Shown here piece after piece: positions 37,707 through 51,300 of a stretch of DNA of 64,000 nucleotides. A program made the position numbers and the translations under genes. The DNA is from Nemertoderma westbladi. Lineage: Eukaryota; Animalia; Xenacoelomorpha. The first letter of the stretch is position 1. Every line of letters begins with the position of its first letter. Below the pieces are notes generated by a model. That model saw only the letters and a program-made list of their open reading frames with translations. It made no database searches and had not been told where the DNA came from. The stretch spans positions 1 through 64,000 of the forward strand of contig JAUCBJ010000795.1 of NCBI GenBank assembly GCA_032718475.1, written 5' to 3'.

Positions 37707-40700
37707 TGTTGGATATCCCTTTCCGATGTAGCAATGTAAAACTAATCAGTTATGAGTTACTTCCAACACGCTTAGTATTGTATAATAATAAAGTAGTCTG
37801 ACTACAGTATTACTGCATTAGGTCAAGCAACGCACTGACACAACACAACTATTGTATAATGCGGTACCGGTATATAATTACTGTAGTCTGTAGCCATGTG
37901 TTACACGGTAACAGGCCTACATAAACTGGCATGGCCTATATTCTGTGTAGCATGGCTTTACCTGTTAATAGTAGATCCTAACAATACTCCCCCTGGGAAA
38001 TATTCAGTTCAAAAGAACAAATATATGTTTATTATATGGTCTACGTTATATGGTCTTAATCCTCATTTTAGTCCATATTAGTTTTCGAGTCAAAACCATA
38101 GTAATCAGTTTTCTTGCGGATCCGTATTGGGTATCGTGTTCCAGCGTCACTTTGAGTTTGATCCGACCTCGACTCCGAACTAGGTTCGACAGTATGTCTC
38201 ATTTGTCCTCGTTCTTGGGTTTCCACTGTATCGTCTCTTGCGCCCAAGTGGTTTTCCGCCGTAACCTCTCTTGCTCCCATGTTCACATCAGCCGAGGTTT
38301 CAATTGTCTTGGTACCTCCATTTTTGTTATCAACTCGTTTTGGCTGAAAAATGTCTTTGTTACTCTCTCCCCCTTGGCCTACAAAAGGGCTGAATCGTTT
38401 CCTCAGGTGATCAAGATGGCGTCTGAATATGGTTCCACATATTTCCACTGTAGCGACTCTTGAACCAAAAAGTCCTTGATATATCGCGGGTAACCATTTT
38501 TCAGTAGGTTTACGACGAGAAAAGTTTCGTACCCAGATCGCTTCCCCTTTGATATAGTTTCCACTGGTAGTGATTATCTTTGGATCTTCAGGGAATTTCA
38601 GTAGGCGATGTAAACGTGTTTTAATGTTTCGACCTCCAAAAATCATTTCAGCTGGAGTCTGACCGTTTTCTTTAATGGTGCTGTGGTCAGCTAAGAGAAA
38701 TATGGCAATCTTTTCTTTCAGAGGTATCTTTGAATTGGACAGTTTCTTAAAAGTTGTTTTAAAGGATTGCACTAATCGCTCAGCAGCGCCGTTGCTGTTT
38801 GGTTTATATGGAGCAGAGGGCCATAAAGCAACTCCATTTTCCTTGCAGAAACGTGATAGTTCAGCTGCTCGAAACTGTGGTCCATTGTCTGCTGTAACAA
38901 TTTTTGGAACAGAAAAATCAGCAAAAAACTGTCGGCAAGATTGTATAACAGTCTCTGCAGTGGGATTCTTTGTCACCAGTTCAACACGAGACCATTTAGT
39001 TTTCGCACATATTAATCCTAACAATGTTTGTCCCTCGTATTCGCCGAAATCGAGGTGGATTCGCTCGAAAGGCTCGGTTGGTTCGGGCATTGGTTTCAGA
39101 GGAACATGGACTTCCTTAGAATACTGCTGGCATTGTTCACAGGATTTGGTGTATAAGTCGATGTCTTTAGCAATGTTCAACCACCAAACTGTATCTTTTG
39201 CTAAACCAGTCATCCTTTGTTTCCCAATATGCCCTTCATGCAGAATTTCGAGAACATTATTTTGAAGGTGCTCTGGAATCAGTACAGCCATTCCACGGAA
39301 AATTGTCCCATTATGGACAGTTAATTCATTCCGGATGTGTTTATACGGACGTAGTTCAGGTGAGTTAGAGGTATTTCCTGATGCTAGTTCGAGAACTAAC
39401 TTTTGAAGAATAACATCCTTCTCAGTAGCATCTTTGATGCCTATGCGGTTGAACTTAAACAATTCCGCTGTAGCTTGCTCCATATGTATGTCTGTAATCT
39501 TAATATCAACCATACCATCGATCTCTTCTTTTGGCTTAGAAAGCCTTGTGAAACAGTCAACAGGGTTGTCTTCTGATTTAATGAATTTTGGTGTGAAATT
39601 GTAATTTGACATTTCAACAGACCAGTGCTGTAGTCTGGATAGTGCCATTGATGGTAATTTCGCAGAAGGTGCTAGGATATGTTTCAATGGTAAGTTGTCA
39701 GTTATTAAAATAAAATGTCTTCCCAGAATATAAGATCTGAATTTCCGAACAGCAAATATGATTCCAAGGGCTTCCCGGTCGATTTGAGAGTAATTACGCT
39801 GAAATTTATTTAGCGATGCAGATGTGAAAGACACTGGGGTTAAACAGTTGTCATCCTGTTTTTGGAGTAGTACAGCAGACACGGCGGTCGGTGATGCGTC
39901 AGTAATTATCGTGGTTTCCTTTTTTGTATCAAAAAATGTCAGTAGTGTTGACTTTGCTATTTCAGCTTTGATTCTGTTGAATGCTTGGTTTGTTGTATCG
40001 TTCCATATGAATTCTGCATCCTTTGAAAGTAGACTGTACATTGGTTGTGCTATCTCAGCAAATGATGGGACAAATTTATGCAAGTAGTTGAATAATCCAA
40101 GTACTGATTGGAGTTCTTTGACGTTCTCCGGTGGTTGAAGAGCAGCAATTGTATCTATCTTTTTGGGGTCTGGGCGAATACCATCTTTAGAAATTAGATG
40201 TCCGCAGAACTCGACTGTATTTTGAAAAAACTTACATTTCTCCATACGCAATGTCAACCCAAAGTGGCGAAGGGCAGATAAAACAGACTTGAGGTTTTCA
40301 ATATGCTCTGCTTTGTTCTTCTCAGTAATAACACATTCATCCATGTATGTGGCGCTTTTAGTGTTATGCAAGGCTTCGTATATTCCCCTGAGACATTTAG
40401 TTCCTGAACTTTTTACTCCATATGGAACTCTAGTCGGAATTAGTAGTCCTAATGGTGTGTTTAGCGTAGTAATTAGCTCAGCTTCTTTAACTAATGGGAA
40501 CTGGTGGTATGCTTCCTTCAAGTCAAGGATCGTAAATTCCTGTCCTCCAGAAATTTTGTTTGTGATTTCATCTAAGGTTGATAACTGGAAAGTATCTTCA
40601 ATGAGAAATGGATTTATTGTGGATTTGTAATCACCACACACACGAATTTTATTGTTTCGCAATGAAACAACCAATGGGGTTGCCCATTTTATTTCCTCAT

Positions 40701-43065
40701 TGGGTTCAGGTTTGCGTAGAATACCACGTTTCAGGTCGTTTTCCAGAATCTGAATGACTTCGTCTTTGTACCCAAATGCTATTTGACAGCAACTTAGGAA
40801 TCTTGGTTTGGCTTCATCTGACAATGCTAATGTTGCAGGCTGTCCCTTGAATTTCCCAAGACCCGTAAAGACATCCTTGAATTCTAATTTCAAGTTATTC
40901 AAAGTATCACTGAATTGTACATTGTTTCCAATGTGTACCATCGTTTTTTTATCACTTGTACCTGTAAAATTGTCACGAAGGCAATCAACTCCGCAGTTTA
41001 GCCTGTCTATCCAGTATTTTCCGAAAAGTGGAAGGCCTTGTAATGCTTTGTCAATTATGAGCAAAGGCAAACTATGTTCAGTGATGCCTAATTTGGGTAT
41101 ATTAACTGTTACTTTACTAATACCCTTTACATTCTGTATTCCATCACAAAATCCTTTTAATATTGTATCTGTTTCTTCTAAGCTTTCACATGGGAATAGT
41201 TCCTGGAATTGCTTAAAAGATATTACTGAGTGTCTAGCTCCTGAATCTAGTTCGCATTTAACAATCTTACCATTTATTTCTGGTGTGCAAGTCATTGGAG
41301 CAACTTTTTCCAGCAAATTTATTGGGTTTACCGTAATTGTAGTTACCAGATTCATGTAATGTATGAAATCGTCATCATACTCTTCCCCATCAACATCGCT
41401 GTCTTCTGTAACCTGTAATTGTTTCATTTTCTGGCTTGTAGTTCCAGATTTATATGGGTTTGTAGTACCCGATTTATTGAGACGCGAATGTCCTGTGTTA
41501 TTTGGGGTTTTTTTGTTTGCTTTCATGCAAGCGGCTTGTATATGCCCTGAAGCCCCACAGGAATTACATTTTACTGTTTCTGGTAATTTGCATGTGGTAA
41601 TTTTGTGTCCATTCCTATTACAGCGGTAACACACAATATGCGTTGTATTTGTATCTTTAGCTTTTATGCGGTACCTGGACTGTAACTGTAGTTTGTGGGT
41701 CTCTACTGATATACCATCCACCTCACGCTTTGCATTTTCTCGTGCCTCTTCATAGTTTGTTGCTATGTCAACAGCTGCAATAAAAGTGTCTGGTTTCTGT
41801 CTCATTAACTCTGTGGCTATGTATTCATCCTTGACCCCTGCTAAAAATTGCTCTTTTAGTCTACCATCAAGGGTAGCTCCAAATTCACAGTAACGTGAAG
41901 CTGCTTTGATTGATTTAGAAAATTCGGCTATGCTTTCATGTTGTTTCTGCTGCAATCTGATGAATTTACGTATTTCTGCTTCTTTATTTATTTTATGATT
42001 GAAGTATGTATCCACTGCTGTAATAATATCTGTGTAATTTGCTGTAAGTATGTCTGTAGGGTAGATTAGATCCATAGCAATTTCGAGTAGGTCTGTGCCA
42101 CAATTCGCAAGGAATAATTTACGCTTTTCAGCTTCTAAATTTGCGTCATTATTGAAAGTTGTCGAATCAATTATTACCGCTAGCATGGTTTTATAAACTG
42201 GCCATTTGTCTGTAGACATTTTAAAAGGCTTGAATAGTTTGGCATACTTTGTAGAAACTGCCATAGTTTGTAGTGTAAGTTGAATTTTGAAATTGAACAC
42301 GTACCGGTAGTATGTAGAGGCGTATGCAGTTTAGTATTCAGTTAATTCGCAGATTGACTACTGTACTGCAGAATTGTAGATTGTAGATAATTGCCTTATC
42401 CTAGTGTGTAGGCAATCGTTAAAACTCGCGGATTGACTGCTGTAAGTGCTGTAATGCAGTCCTTTCACTCCCGTAGGTAACCGTACCTGCAGTGTAATCT
42501 GCTTACCTGGTAGGTTGGCGTCCGAATTATAGAACAACGGCGTATAACGTGTTCAATTTAAACGTAATTTCTGAAATACCGGTACTGGTATGTTGTAGAC
42601 ATTTGTATGCATTAGTAGTTCGGCGTAGGTGTAGGCATGTAGGCCTAATGCTGAACTTCTGTAATTACTGAATGCTGTAATCTACGTTGTAGGCCTACAT
42701 GAAGCTGTAGGTAAGCATAGGTACTTCAAAACCTGTCTGCTTGTGTAACCGCGTGTATGTGTTCAATATTTTCCATCGCAGCGCCAATTGTTGGATATCC
42801 CTTTCCGATGTAGCAATGTAAAACTAATCAGTTATGAGTTACTTCCAACACGCTTAGTATCGTATAATAAAAAAGTAGTCTGACTACAGTATTACTGCAT
42901 TAGGTCAAGCAACGCGCTGACACAACACAACTATTGTATAATGCGGTACCGGTATATAATTACTGTAGTCTGTAGCAATGTGTTACACGGTAACAGGCCT
43001 ACATAAACTGGCATGGCCTATATTCTGTGTAGCATGGCTTTACCTGTTAATAGTAGATCCTAACA
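37707..43065 (-). mobile_element. Full-length Ty3/Gypsy LTR retrotransposon (Mag-like)
   Basis: 277-bp TG..CA LTRs (37707-37983 and 42789-43065) and 5-bp TSD GAATG. PBS TGGCGCTGCGA next to 42788 and PPT AGGGGGAG next to 37984. Confidence 0.98.
38068..42300 (-). CDS. Single gag-pol polyprotein
   Basis: Two CCHC knuckles, protease LDSGA, RT (CGDY, LDLKEAY, YMDE), RNase H (TDAS, NYSQIDREAL), integrase (HHCC, RIHLD, DNGPQF, NGAAER). The first ATG is at 42264 (the ORF track uses an upstream GTG). Confidence 0.97.
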   Translation of the reverse strand: MFNFKIQLTLQTMAVSTKYAKLFKPFKMSTDKWPVYKTMLAVIIDSTTFNNDANLEAEKRKLFLANCGTDLLEIAMDLIYPTDILTANYTDIITAVDTYFNHKINKEAEIRKFIRLQQKQHESIAEFSKSIKAASRYCEFGATLDGRLKEQFLAGVKDEYIATELMRQKPDTFIAAVDIATNYEEARENAKREVDGISVETHKLQLQSRYRIKAKDTNTTHIVCYRCNRNGHKITTCKLPETVKCNSCGASGHIQAACMKANKKTPNNTGHSRLNKSGTTNPYKSGTTSQKMKQLQVTEDSDVDGEEYDDDFIHYMNLVTTITVNPINLLEKVAPMTCTPEINGKIVKCELDSGARHSVISFKQFQELFPCESLEETDTILKGFCDGIQNVKGISKVTVNIPKLGITEHSLPLLIIDKALQGLPLFGKYWIDRLNCGVDCLRDNFTGTSDKKTMVHIGNNVQFSDTLNNLKLEFKDVFTGLGKFKGQPATLALSDEAKPRFLSCCQIAFGYKDEVIQILENDLKRGILRKPEPNEEIKWATPLVVSLRNNKIRVCGDYKSTINPFLIEDTFQLSTLDEITNKISGGQEFTILDLKEAYHQFPLVKEAELITTLNTPLGLLIPTRVPYGVKSSGTKCLRGIYEALHNTKSATYMDECVITEKNKAEHIENLKSVLSALRHFGLTLRMEKCKFFQNTVEFCGHLISKDGIRPDPKKIDTIAALQPPENVKELQSVLGLFNYLHKFVPSFAEIAQPMYSLLSKDAEFIWNDTTNQAFNRIKAEIAKSTLLTFFDTKKETTIITDASPTAVSAVLLQKQDDNCLTPVSFTSASLNKFQRNYSQIDREALGIIFAVRKFRSYILGRHFILITDNLPLKHILAPSAKLPSMALSRLQHWSVEMSNYNFTPKFIKSEDNPVDCFTRLSKPKEEIDGMVDIKITDIHMEQATAELFKFNRIGIKDATEKDVILQKLVLELASGNTSNSPELRPYKHIRNELTVHNGTIFRGMAVLIPEHLQNNVLEILHEGHIGKQRMTGLAKDTVWWLNIAKDIDLYTKSCEQCQQYSKEVHVPLKPMPEPTEPFERIHLDFGEYEGQTLLGLICAKTKWSRVELVTKNPTAETVIQSCRQFFADFSVPKIVTADNGPQFRAAELSRFCKENGVALWPSAPYKPNSNGAAERLVQSFKTTFKKLSNSKIPLKEKIAIFLLADHSTIKENGQTPAEMIFGGRNIKTRLHRLLKFPEDPKIITTSGNYIKGEAIWVRNFSRRKPTEKWLPAIYQGLFGSRVATVEICGTIFRRHLDHLRKRFSPFVGQGGESNKDIFQPKRVDNKNGGTKTIETSADVNMGAREVTAENHLGARDDTVETQERGQMRHTVEPSSESRSDQTQSDAGTRYPIRIRKKTDYYGFDSKTNMD

Positions 43066-45039
43066 GAATGTCATTGTCTCGTTTCCAATTCCGTATTCAC
43101 ATTGGTGGTTCCATCTGTAACGGCATTGTGGAAGTGTCTGAGACTTCCACCACAACCACATATCGACTATATTCATCTTGTTTATGCGACAATTCTTCAT
43201 TTAGCGATGCGATATAATTAGCGAAGGGAGATGAGCGATAGTCGCTATCTATGCTGTGTCTCTTTCGTCGATCTCTTGGTGTTTCTCTGTCTAAAGTTTG
43301 AATTTTCGCGATTTGGTAGGCCTTTTAGTTGAAATTTTAATTGAAAATTTAAATTTTTTTGAAAATTGTTCTACTTGAAATTTTGGTGCTACAAATAACA
43401 ACCCCAGTAGAATTTTTCGAAATTTTTTATTTTCGGTCGGATTCATACTAGTGAAATCAAAATCTAAATATAATTTTAGTTCGGTGGTGTAGGCCTACTT
43501 CCTTCATGTCAGACACTATTAACCAAACAGACCCCGTACAGGTAATTTTGAATTTTGAGGTGAATATCTCAGCTAGAATGACATTTTTTCGTACGAAAAA
43601 TACTACTCCTCCATTTCTTAACCATTTTTTGCAATTTTTTATTCATATGAAAGGTAATTTCATAAGCTTCAACAAATTCTCCATATTTTGAATGAAAAAT
43701 TAGAAATAACGTGGGTTTTTTAAATTTTTAAAAAATTTCGAATTTTTTTTTCAAAATTGCCAATTATCAGAAATAGAAAACGAAAATACAAAAAGTGCAT
43801 GAAAAATATGATGTAAATGAACTGCTGGTTCCAGAAAATGTGGTATCGGAAAATAAAAATGGAAAATATGAAGGCGTAGGGCCTAGTCTTATTAGTGTAA
43901 TTTTTAAAATCTTCATTACGTGCTGCGCGAAGGCCCCACTTCTATAAATAGTTTGTGCTCATTGTTTATAGAGTAAAGAAATATAAAGTATATCGATATC
44001 GCCGATATCACCGATAACAAAATTTATAAGTTCCGTGTTTATAGACTGAAGTTTAGCTTTGTTGGCCCTAGAATGTCATTGTCTCGTTTCCAATTCCGTA
44101 TTCACATTGGTGGTTGCATCTGTAACGGCATTGTGTCTGTGACTTCCACCACATAAAATAATATATATAATATATAATATAAAATATATAATAATAAAGA
44201 AAAAGGTAATATTTTTTGAGTAATTTACAAACTTTCGTTATGGAAATCCATAAAGAATCAAGCATTGATGGTGCAAAATTACCGCAAAGACTAACGGTTT
44301 GTGGGTTTGAATCATTAATTTAATTTAATTCATTAAGGAAATTACCCTGGGTTGCCAGGGTAATATGTTCTAGAATAACGCAAAAAAATGAAGAGAGCTG
44401 CTGAGCTGACGGTTTAAGAAGACGGTTGAACCGAGCCCGAATTTCACATCAGGCAAACGAGACTTGCCGCTGCGCCGGTACTTCACTTCCCATAATGGGC
44501 AATTAGGACATTAGGCTCGGAACTCGGACATTAGGCCTATTATTATATAAATAATTAATTAATTAATATAATTAAATTATATAAATACATAAGAATAACA
44601 ACAATAAGCAAGAAGGATGAGTCACCAATAGTAAAGCAAAATCCTACTTTCATTGGACCTCACTAAATAGCTAAACCAATGAAAAAGCCGGATTATTGCC
44701 CTACTCGCTACTTTTCACTTGGGGTTATTAACGTACCATATATGGATATGAAAGTGCTCTTTTGGGCTTCTAATAGACCCCTATACGAGCGATTTACGTA
44801 ACAGTAAATTATTATAAAGGGATTAGTGTGGCTATACATTTTACTACCAAATTCTGTCGTGCGGGCATTTGGCATTCCTTATTAAATATACACCGTAAAT
44901 ACACTGTGCATTGGGTATGAATATAAGTATTGTGCCCAAGTAAATGCACCCGAAATGTCCCCTTATTCCTAATATGACCAAATAACTGTTAGTTCTTATA
45001 CTTCCCCCCATTAACCTATATCTACCTAAATCTAAATCT

Positions 45040-45351
45040 ACCTATAATTTAACGTTCAAATGGCGTTGAAAAACGAAAAATTTATAACAAATAAACGCTA
45101 GAATCTGACGTTAGTAAAAGGCGTAAAAGTTAGTCGAACGTTCGTTTGGCCGCTTTTGTGACGTTAAAATTTCCCCAAAAACAACGTTGAATTTTACGTA
45201 AATATAATATATTCCAACGTTATCTTTAACCGTTGAATTTGCAGTATATTAATCGTTAAACCAACTTCAGTTAATCAACAAAACTGACGTTAGATATCCA
45301 CATTCCAACGTTTATTTAATCAGGGATTTTCAGTTTTTCAGGCCACTAGGT
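45040..45351. mobile_element. End fragment of a TIR element with AACGTT subrepeats
   Basis: Many CAACGTT/ACGTTA motifs ending at CAGGCCACTAGGG. No partner end seen. Confidence 0.4.
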
Positions 45352-47066
45352 AAATCTCACGTTACCAATAGTCAACCAGTCACCAATAGTCAAGCAAAAT
45401 CCTACTTTCATTGGACCTCACTAAATAGCTAAACCAATGAAAAAGCCGGATTATTGCCCTACTCGCTACTTTTCGCCTAGTGTTATTAACGTACCATATA
45501 TGGATATGAAAGTGCTCTTTTGGGTTTCTAATAGACCCCTATACGAGCCATTTACGTAACAGTAAATTATTATAAAGGGATTAGTGTGGCTATACATTTT
45601 ACTACCAAATTCTGTCGTGGTGGCATTTGGCATTCCTATTAAATATACACCGTAAATACACTGTGCATAAATACTACTCCTCCATTTCTTAACCATTTTT
45701 TGAAATTTTTTCTTCATATGAAAGGTAATTTCATAAGATAATTCGATAATTATTACGATTTTATATGAATACTAAGTACGTACTGTATAGCTTAAATTTC
45801 CTTCCAAATAGCACTAATATATTTCATATATAACAAAAACGTAAAAAATTCGGGGCTGTTTCTTAATTTCTAAATAATGGGCAATTACCAACTAAATGCG
45901 TACATACAATTTCCTAGGCATTTTAACACACGTAGAGGACTAAAATTGCCATTTATAATGAGCAGATCATTTTTAAATATTTTCCAATGGATTCAGCGCC
46001 CCAGAAAACCTGTATTGAAAAAAGATTAACCGAAAATTTCAAATTTTTTGAAAATTGTTCTACTTGAAATTTTGGTGCTACAAATAACAACACGTAGGCC
46101 TACTTCCTACATATCAAGACACTATTAACTAAACAGACCCCATACAGGTAATTTTGTGCGGGAAGGTTTGAATTTTGAGGTGATTATCTCAGCTAGAATG
46201 ACATTTTTTCGTACGAAAAATACTACTCCTCCATTTCTTAACCATTTTGTGCAATTTTTTCTTCATATGAAAGGTAATTTCATAAGCTTCAACAAATTCT
46301 CCATATTTTGAATGAAAAATTAGAAATAACATGGGTTTTTTCAGTTTTTAAAAAAATTTCGAATTTTTTTTCAAAATTGCCAATTATCAGAAATAGAAAA
46401 CGAAAATACAAAAAGTGCATGAAAAATATGATGTAAATGAATATGCTGGTTCCAGAAAATGTGGTATCGGAAAATAAAAATGGAAAATATGAAGGCGTAG
46501 GGCCTAGTCTTATTAGTGAAATTTTTAAAATCTTCATTACGTGCTGCGCGAAGGCCCCACTTCTATAAATAGTTTGTGCTCATTGTTTATAGAGTAAAGA
46601 AATATAAAGTATATCGATATCGCCGATATCACCGATAACAAAATTTATAAGTTCCGTGTTTATAGACTGAAGTTTAGCTTTGTTGGCCCTGGAATGTCAT
46701 TGTCTCGTTTCCAATTCCATATTCACATTGGTGGTTCCATCTGTAACAGCATTGTGGAAGTGTCTGTGACTTCCACCACAACCACACATCGACTATATTC
46801 ATCTTGTTTATGCGACAATTCATCATTTAGCGATGCGATATAATTTGCGAAGGGAGATGAGCGATAGTCGCTATCTATGCTGTGTCTCTTTCGTCGATCT
46901 CTTGGTGTTTCTCTGTCTAAAGTTTGAATTTTCGGGATTTGGTAGGCCTTTTACTTCTTCTATATTATTTTAAGTATTTTACTGCAATCGTTTATATTAT
47001 ATCAGAAAAATATTAATATATATAAATTATTTTTATTACAATTTATTTAAATATAATATATTATAA

Positions 47067-48327
47067 ACTACTACTAGGTCGAGCGAACTCGGACAGTGGA
47101 AATGAGATCCTTCCAGGCTTCCCGATTCTCCAACTACTACTAGGTCGAGCGAACTCGGACAGTGGAAATGAGATCCTTCCAGGCTTCCCGATTCTCCATA
47201 GTTGTCGCAATTGCGTTTCTCCCAAGTTCAGTATCCCTTTCAAGTTGATCTATATATGTTATGGCCAGTCGTCCACGACTACGCTTTCCATGTGTTGGTT
47301 GCCAGACAAGTAGATCTGGTATGACCTCGTCTTTACTTCGCCAACAGTGCCCACTGAATCTTAATCTGCGTTAACGGGTGGTGGTTGATACAGGTGGTAT
47401 TGTGTACCATAAATCTCGGCGTTTGTCATGTTTTGTCTCCAGCTGACGTTTAGGGCAGCGCCATTAGTAGTCTTGTGTGCAACCATCAATTCGGCATTCA
47501 AGTGATTTAGTCAGTGTCCAGGTCTCACCCCCGTATAAAAATACTCTTACCACTGTGGCTCCCACTTATGCGTTCTTGTAATGTGAATCCCAGATCTCCA
47601 CCCTTTGTGGCCGTCCTCATTGAGTAATCAAGTACAATTACAAATAGTATTGGTGCTAATGTGTCACCTTGCAGTACGCCAGCCAGGACTGAGAAGAACT
47701 CAATTTCACCATCTGATGAGAGTACCTGAGCTTCTGTGTCACAATATAATAATCGAATGCAAGCCACAATTACCTCTGGTATTCCATAAGCTCTTAGAAT
47801 TTCCAGCATTTTACCTCTATGGATTGAGTCGAAGGCCTTCTTGAAGTCCACAAAAGTCATGACTGCGGGGAGATTCTTTGACTTAATTCCCTCAATCAGT
47901 CTCCGTAGCGGAAGTATCTGAGCTATTGTTGATCTATTTTGTCGAAATCCGTTTTGGCTCTTACGCAGTAGTTTCTCTGTGAGGCCTAATCCTATATAGA
48001 ATCATTTTGTTATGTATTTTGGCAGCTACCACAAGCAGGCAGATTTTAGCAGCTACCACAAGCAGACAGATCCCACGATAGTTTGTTGGTATACCGTGGT
48101 CTCCTTTCTTGGGGAGGGGCTTTAGTTGACCTTTAGTCCAAATTGGTGGTGGTTTTTCCCCTTTCAGCATCTGGTTGGAAACATTCAATAATGGTCTGTT
48201 TAGCACTCCGGTTTTCCTTACCTTCGCTGGGATTTCATATAATCCACTCGCTTTATTATTGGACATGCTTTTAATGCTTCTTTGGAGTTCGACAGGTGTG
48301 AAGTCCCCTGTTTCTATAGGTAGTGTT
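47067..48327 (-). mobile_element. RTE family B fragment (duplicate of 32836-34096)
   Basis: Near-identical sequence with the same deletion and doubled tail. Confidence 0.9.
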
Positions 48328-51300
48328 ACTTTGGCTCTTACGCAGAAGTTTCTCTATGTGAGGCAAGCAAAATCCTACTTTCATTGGACCTCACTAAATA
48401 GCTAAACCAATGAAAAAGCCGGATTATTGGCCTACTCGCTACTTTTCGCCTAGTGTTATTAACGTACCATATATGGATATGAAAGTGCTCTTTTGGGCTT
48501 CTAATAGACCCCTATACGAGCGATTTACGTAACAGTAAATTATTATAAAGGGATTAGTGTGGCTACACATTTTACTACCAAATTCTGTCGTGGTGGCATT
48601 TGGCATTCCTATTAAATATACACCGTAAATACACTGTGCATTGGGTATGAATATAAGTATTGTGCCCAAGTAAATGCACCCGAAATGTCCCCTTATTCCT
48701 AATATGACCAAATAACTGTTAGTTCTTATACTTCCCCCATTTCTTATGATAACTATTACGATTTTATATGAATACTAAGTACGTACTGTATAGCTTAAAT
48801 TTCCTTCCAAATAGCACTAATATCTTTCATATATAACAAAAACGTAAAAAATTCGGGGCTGTTTCTTAATTTCTAATTTCTAATTTCTTTTTCTAATTAA
48901 TTTTCTAATTTATAATTTCTAAATATTCATAACTTTTGTTATGGAAATCCATAAAGAATCAAGCGTTGATGGTGCAAAATTACCGCAAAGACTAACGGTT
49001 TGTTGGTTTGAATCATTAATTTAATTTAATTCATTAAGGAAATTACCCTGGGTTGCCAGGGTAATATGTTCTAGAATAACGCAAAAAAATGAAGAGAGCT
49101 GCTGAGCTGAAGGTTTAAGAAGACGGTTGAACCGAGCCCGAATATCACGTCAGGCAAACGAGACTTACCGCTGCGCCGGTACTTCACTTTCCGTTCACTA
49201 GTACCCAAGGTATTGTTCGTGGTAATTTCCTGCACATTTAAGGCCCGGGTTCTTACCTTGAATCAATCCTCGCGCCCACGAGCTCTGGCCCTTCGCGATT
49301 TCAGGTACGGCCCGCCCCCCCTACTCCACTCTGCTCGCTTCCTCTCCACTCCGATTTTCGCGTTTTTAGAATATTCGGTGACGGTTCTATTTAAACACTA
49401 TTCTGTGAACACTGTAGATATTTTTTTATTATTATTTTAATATTTTACATATATTTATCAACTAAATTAAATTCACCTTGCTAAATTAAGACGTAAACAT
49501 ACAATTGCTATTTTCACTTAATTAACAGCTTTAATTTCTTTGCATTTCAGTTATTATTTTTTGAAGATTTTGCAGATCTATTTTTAGACATCTTTTATTT
49601 AATAACTATCTGAACTGATTACATAATATTAAAGCTAAAATCAGTCTTTCACGGTACAATTACTGCATTATTATAGCGAAAATTCGTAAAAAATTCGGGG
49701 CTGTTTCTTAATTTCTAAATAATGGGCAATTACCAACTAAATGCGTACATACAATTGCCTAGGCATTTTAACACACGTAGAGGACTAAAATTGCCATTTA
49801 TAATGATCAGATCATTTTTAAATATTTTCCAATGGATTCAGCGCCCCAGAAAACCTGTATTGAAAAAAGATTAACCGAAAATTTCAATTTTTTTGAAAAT
49901 TGTTCTACTTGAAATTTTGGTGCTACAAATAACAACCCCAGTAGAATTTTTCGAAATTTTTTATTTTCGGTCGGATTCATACTAGTGAAATCAAAATCTA
50001 AATATAATTTTAGTTCGGTGGTGTAGGCCTACTTCCTTCATGTCAGACACTATTAACCAAACAGACCCCGTACAGGTAATTTTGAATTTTGAGGTGAATA
50101 TCTCAGCTAGAATGACATTTTTTCGTACGAAAAATACTACTCCTCCATTTCTTAACCATTTTTTGCAATTTTTTATTCATATGAAAGGTAATTTCATAAG
50201 CTTCAACAAATTCTCCATATTTTGAATGAAAAATTAGAAATAACATGGGTTTTTTAAATTTTTAAAAAATTTCGAATTTTTTTTTCAAAATTGCCAATTA
50301 TCAGAAATAGAAAACGAAAATACAAAAAGTGCATGAAAAATATGATGTAAATGAACTGCTGGTTCCAGAAAATGTGGTATCGGAAAATAAAAATAGAAAA
50401 TATGAAGGCGTAGGGCCTAGTCTTATTAGTGCAATTTTTAAAATCTTCATTACGTGCTGCGCGAAGGCCCCACTTCTATAAATAGTTTGTGCTCATTGTT
50501 TATAGAGTAAAGAAATATAAAGTATATCGATATCGCCGATATCACCGATAACAAAATTTATATAAGTTCCGTGTTTATAGACTGAAGTTTAGCTTTGTTG
50601 GCCCTGGAATGTCATTGTCTCGTTTCCAATTCCGTATTCACATTGGTGGTTGCATCTGTAACGGCATTGTGTCTGTGACTTCCACCACATAAAATAATAT
50701 ATATAATATATAATATAAAATATATAATAATAAAGAAAAAGGTAATATTTTTTGAGTAATTTACAAACTTTCGTTATGGAAATCCATAAAGAATCAAGCG
50801 TTGATGGTGCAAAATTACTGCAAAGACTAACGGTTTGTGGGTTTGAATCATTAATTTAATTTAATTCATTAAGGAAATTACCCTGGGTTGCCAGGGTAAT
50901 ATGTTCTAGAATAACGCAAAAAAATGAAGAGAGCTGCTGAGCTGACGGTTTAAGAAGACGGTTGAACCGAGCCCGAATTTCACGTCAGGCAAACGAGACT
51001 TGCCGCTGCGCCGGTACTTCACTTCCCATAATGGGCAATTAGGACATTAGGCTCGGAACTCGGACATTAGGCCTATTATTATATAAATAATTAATTAATT
51101 AATATAATTAAATTATATAAATAAATAAGAATAACAACAATAGGTAAGAAGAATGAGTCACCAATAGTAAAGCAAAATCCTACTTTCATTGGACCTCCCT
51201 AAATAGCTAAACCAATGAAAAAGCCGGATTATTGCCCTACTCGCTACTTTTCGCCTAGTGTTATTAACGTACCATATATGGATATGAAAGTGCTCTTTTG

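Noticed and set aside
38050-41629. Plus-strand ORFs of up to 196 aa overlapping gag-pol
   Set aside because: Antisense shadows of the long coding frame with no recognisable motifs.
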